A stretch of 64,000 nt of DNA from Alphaproteobacteria bacterium (GTDB taxonomy: Bacteria; Pseudomonadota; Alphaproteobacteria; UBA828), in assembly GCA_963422645.2 (NCBI GenBank), contig CAXXVO010000008.1:544001-608000 (forward strand), given 5' to 3'. Below are positions 59,700-64,000 of the stretch, one piece after another; position 1 is the stretch's first letter; each line of letters begins with the position of its first letter. The notes beneath the pieces are model-generated. The model did not search any database, had not been told where the DNA came from, and was given only the letters and a program-made list of their open reading frames with translations. The position numbers were made by a program, and so were the translations under genes.

Positions 59700-61236
59700 C
59701 GGTGTCGCACTGGCACGAAGACCTCGCCGCCCGTAACGAGGCCTTCTGCTGCCTGAAGGAGCTTCTCGAGCCATCATCCCTCGCAACCACTGTCGTCGTT
59801 GCCGTCCGGGAATGGGGGCAGGGGCTGCTGCGATCAGCCACCGCGCTCGCCCGGGAAAATGCCGCACTCGAGCAGGAGAACGCGGCCCTGCGCGAGCGCA
59901 TCGCCGAACTCGAGCGCAGCGCGGCCCTCAACAGCACCACAAGCAGCAAGCCCCCCGCCAGCGACGGGCTCAAGAAGAAAAGCGGAGCCCAGAGGCGCAC
60001 CCAAAGCCAGCGCGGAAAGTCCGGCGGGCCCAGTGGCGGCCAGCCCGGCCACAAGGGAACCACCCTCGCGCGGAGCGACAGCCCGGACCGTGTCGTCGAT
60101 CACCACCCCTCCACCTGTTCCGGCTGTGGCGTCGAGCTCTCGGACGCCGACCGGCAAGGCGCGCCCGCCTGTCGGCAGGTCTTCGACGTACCCGAGCCGC
60201 AGCCTCTCGAGGTCACCGAACACCGCGCCCATCGCTGCCTCTGCGGCGCATGCGGCACGCTGACACGAGCCGCCTTCCCGCCGGGCGTCACCGCCCCGGT
60301 CCAGTACGGCCCTCGCATCACCGCTTGGGTGAGTTACCTGCTGTACGCCCAGTTCGTGCCCGAGAAGCGTCTGGCCGAACTCATGAGCGACATCTTCGCG
60401 GTGTCCATCTCCACTGCCACGATCGCCGCCATGGGCCGGCGCACAGCGCAGCGCTTCGAGGGCTTCCTCGACCATGTCGCCGATCTGATCCGCACGCAGG
60501 CGCCGGTCAAGCACCTCGACGAGACCGGCCTGCGTATCGCCGCCCGTACCCGCTGGCTCCATGTGCTGTGCACCCCGTTGCTCACCGTCCTGCGCATCGG
60601 CGAGGGACGCGGCGATGTCGAAAAGAACCTGAAAGGCATCCTCGTCCACGACGACTTCGCCCCCTACTTCACCATCAAGGGCGTCACCGCCACGGCGCCT
60701 GCAACGCACATCACCTGCGCGAACTCCAGGCCCTGATCGACATCGAGAAGGAGGAATGGGCGGCGAGCATGCACCGCCTGCTTCAGCGCGCGCGCAGGGC
60801 CGCCCGCTTCGCCCGTGAGAAAGACCGTCAAGTCCCCGCCTCCCTGGTGGCCCGCATCTCAAGGGCATGGGACCGTATCCTCGAAGAAGCCATCGCCTTC
60901 CATGAGGCCCAACCGCCGCTCCAGATCGCAAAGCGAGGGCGAAAGAAACGCCGCATCGGCCACAACCTCGCGCGCCGCCTTCAAAAGCATAAGGAGGGCT
61001 GCCTGCGCTTCCTCACCGACCTGCGCACGCCGTTCACGAATAACGAGGCGGAGCGTGACATCCGTATGAACAAAGTGCATGAGAAGATCTCAGGCGGCTT
61101 CCGCTCCCTGCAAGGCGCCTGCAACTTCGCCGGAATGCGCAGCGTCATCGTCACCGCTCGAAAGCAAGGCTGGAACATCCTGCAAATCCTGGCGCACCCG
61201 GAACCGATGCAGCTGATCCCTATACTGCGCTCCTGA
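59696..61236 (+). pseudogene. IS66 transposase, full length but frameshifted (+2 nt near 60686)
   Basis: GGCGTC-AC-CGCCAC here versus GGCGTCCGCCAC in copy 1; the C-terminal TNNEAERDIR...ISGGFRS lies in the shifted frame. Confidence 0.88.
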
Positions 61237-61296
61237 ACTTCTCCGGCTCATCCTGAGTATCGCTGTCCTCTCATCTTGTTCGCGACGCGGCGTTCA

Positions 61297-62163
<867 letters not shown>

Positions 62164-62172
62164 GGTGCCTCC

Positions 62173-63285
62173 TTAGCGTCTCGTGGTGTCCAGGCGCTTC
62201 TCGAGATTGAGCGAATAGCGCGACATGCTGAAGCAAATCACAAAGAAGAACAGCGCGGCCAGCAGGAAGGTCTCGTAATCGACCTTGCCCAGCCAATCCG
62301 GATTGGTCTGGAGGAGGCGCGCCTGCCCGAGGATATCGAAGAGGCCGATGATGATGACCAGCGTGGTGTCCTTGAACAGGCCGATGAAGGTGTTGACGAT
62401 TCCCGGGATCGAGATCTTAAGCGCCTGCGGCAGGATGATCAGGCGCATCGATTGCCAGTAGCCGAGCCCCATCGCCTGGCCTGCCTCGTACTGGCCGTTC
62501 GGTATCGCCTGCAGTCCGCCGCGGATTACCTCGGCCATGTAGGCGGAGGCGAACACCGTGATGATGATCATCACACGAATCAGCTGATCCAGCGTGACCT
62601 GCGGCGGCAGGAAGAGCGGCAGGAGGATGATCGCGACGAAGAGCAGCGTGATCAACGGCACGCCGCGGATAAACTCGATAAACCCGACCGAGAACCAGCG
62701 GACAATCGGCATGCGCGAGCGCCGCCCCAGCGCCAGCAGGATCCCGATGGGCAGCGAGAGCACGATGCCGACGAGGCCGGCGATGATGTTGAGCATAAAG
62801 CCGCCGAACTGGTCGGTGCGGATGACATCGAGGCCGAGGCCGCCGACCAGCAGGATTGCCGCGATCACGGGATAAGCGAGCGAGAACCAGCGCCCGTAGC
62901 GGGAATAGGGCAGCCTGTCGAACAGCATATAGGCGATCGCCGGCACCAGCAGGGCGATGCATATGTTCACGCGCCAATAAGAATCGGCCGGATAGAAGCC
63001 GTAGAAGAACTGGGTGATGCGCTGGTCGAGCCAGGCCCAGCACGCGCCCTCGCTGGGGCAGTCCCTGCCGGTATCGCCGGTGAGGGTGGCGTCGATAAAG
63101 GCCCACTCGATCAGGCCCGGCACGATCAGCGCGAGCACGGCGATCGAGCCCAGCGTGAGCGCCGTGCTCAGCCAGTTGGAGAACAGGTTTGCCCGCAACC
63201 AGCCGATGACGCCCGTGCTGGTGAGCGGCGCCGGCTGCTCCGGCAGCATCTCCGCCCGGCTGCGATGGAAGGCGAGCTTGCTCAT
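62173..63285 (-). CDS. aapM: General L-amino acid ABC permease (AapM/BztC)
   Basis: WLRANLFSNW, GACW, FIRGVPLI, AYMAEVIRGG, FKDTTL. Confidence 0.9.
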   Translation of the reverse strand: MSKLAFHRSRAEMLPEQPAPLTSTGVIGWLRANLFSNWLSTALTLGSIAVLALIVPGLIEWAFIDATLTGDTGRDCPSEGACWAWLDQRITQFFYGFYPADSYWRVNICIALLVPAIAYMLFDRLPYSRYGRWFSLAYPVIAAILLVGGLGLDVIRTDQFGGFMLNIIAGLVGIVLSLPIGILLALGRRSRMPIVRWFSVGFIEFIRGVPLITLLFVAIILLPLFLPPQVTLDQLIRVMIIITVFASAYMAEVIRGGLQAIPNGQYEAGQAMGLGYWQSMRLIILPQALKISIPGIVNTFIGLFKDTTLVIIIGLFDILGQARLLQTNPDWLGKVDYETFLLAALFFFVICFSMSRYSLNLEKRLDTTRR

Positions 63286-64000
63286 CGTTCCACGAGCGCA
63301 ATGCGCTTGTTGTACCAGTTCATGAAGGCGGACGTGAGCAGACTCAGGACCAGATAGAACACCATGTAGAGGGAGATCACCTCAAGCGCTTGGCCGCTCT
63401 GGTTGAGGATGGTATCGCCGATCGAGACGATGTCCTGATAGCCGATGGCGACGGCCAGCGAGGAGTTCTTGGTCAGGTTCAGGTACTGACTGGTCATTGG
63501 CGGAATGATCACCCGCAGCGCCTGCGGCAGGATGATCTTGCGCATGGTCAGCCCGCGCCTCAGCCCGAGCGCGCCGGCCGCCTCGGTCTGTCCCTTGGAG
63601 ACCGAGAGAATCCCGCCACGCACGATTTCGGAGATGAAGGCGCCGGTGTAGGTGGAGAGCGCCAGCCAAAGCGCCACCAGCTCCGGTGTGATGATGAAGC
63701 CGCCCTTCAAGTTGAAGCGCTGCTTCTCCGGTATGTCGAAATCGAGCGGCTCGCCGCCGGCGAAATAGACGATCACCGGGAGGCCCACGATCAGTCCGAG
63801 CCCGACCCAGCCAACCGGGAAGGTTTGGCCGGTCGCATCCTGGCGCTTTCTCGCCCAGCGCCTGATCAGAACGGCTGCGACCACGCCCACCAGGATCATC
63901 GCCAGCACGATCGCCGAGCCGTCCTCGAAGATGGGCGCGGGCAAGAATATACCGCGGTTGTTGAGAAAGGCCGCATCGCCGAACGAAATGCTGTCGCGCA
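63282..64000 (-). CDS. aapQ: General L-amino acid ABC permease (AapQ/BztB), C-terminal part; start lies beyond the window
   Basis: FLNNRG.., TPELVALW, AFISEIVRGG, YLNLTKNSSLAVAIGY, MNWYN. Confidence 0.88.
   Translation of the reverse strand, partial: RDSISFGDAAFLNNRGIFLPAPIFEDGSAIVLAMILVGVVAAVLIRRWARKRQDATGQTFPVGWVGLGLIVGLPVIVYFAGGEPLDFDIPEKQRFNLKGGFIITPELVALWLALSTYTGAFISEIVRGGILSVSKGQTEAAGALGLRRGLTMRKIILPQALRVIIPPMTSQYLNLTKNSSLAVAIGYQDIVSIGDTILNQSGQALEVISLYMVFYLVLSLLTSAFMNWYNKRIALVER

Overview
High-GC alphaproteobacterial (Rhodospirillales-like) chromosomal segment. It carries housekeeping genes (mtaB, dapF, gdhA, hspQ, panB, panC, argB, engB-yidC-yidD-rnpA-rpmH, nudC) and several nitrogen/amino-acid uptake and catabolism clusters: a Liv-type ABC, a Pot-type ABC, an Aap/Bzt ABC, a DgdA-like aminotransferase and a divergent ureF-ureAB-ureC. 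Mobile DNA is dense. (1) Two copies of an IS66-family element (3078-5869, 58892-61401; 8-bp TSDs) each carry an intact DPPY-type DNA adenine methyltransferase translationally coupled to the transposase; one splits an ankyrin-repeat lipoprotein gene and the other extends the C-terminus of AapP. (2) A third, cargo-free IS66 (46159-48047). (3) An apparently intact IS110 (17961-19725) whose upstream non-coding region contains guide segments matching its own donor junction and target site (bridge RNA). (4) An IS1380 (43009-44625). (5) A Mu-like transposable prophage remnant (26772-34599; TGT...ACA ends, 5-bp TSD, repeated transposase-binding sites) inside a TPR gene, mostly deleted next to an IS21. 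It retains tail genes and a stand-alone QueC-like PP-loop/Zn protein at the right end, where phage Mu carries its DNA-modification gene mom. All product calls come from motif recognition by eye; no database searches were run.
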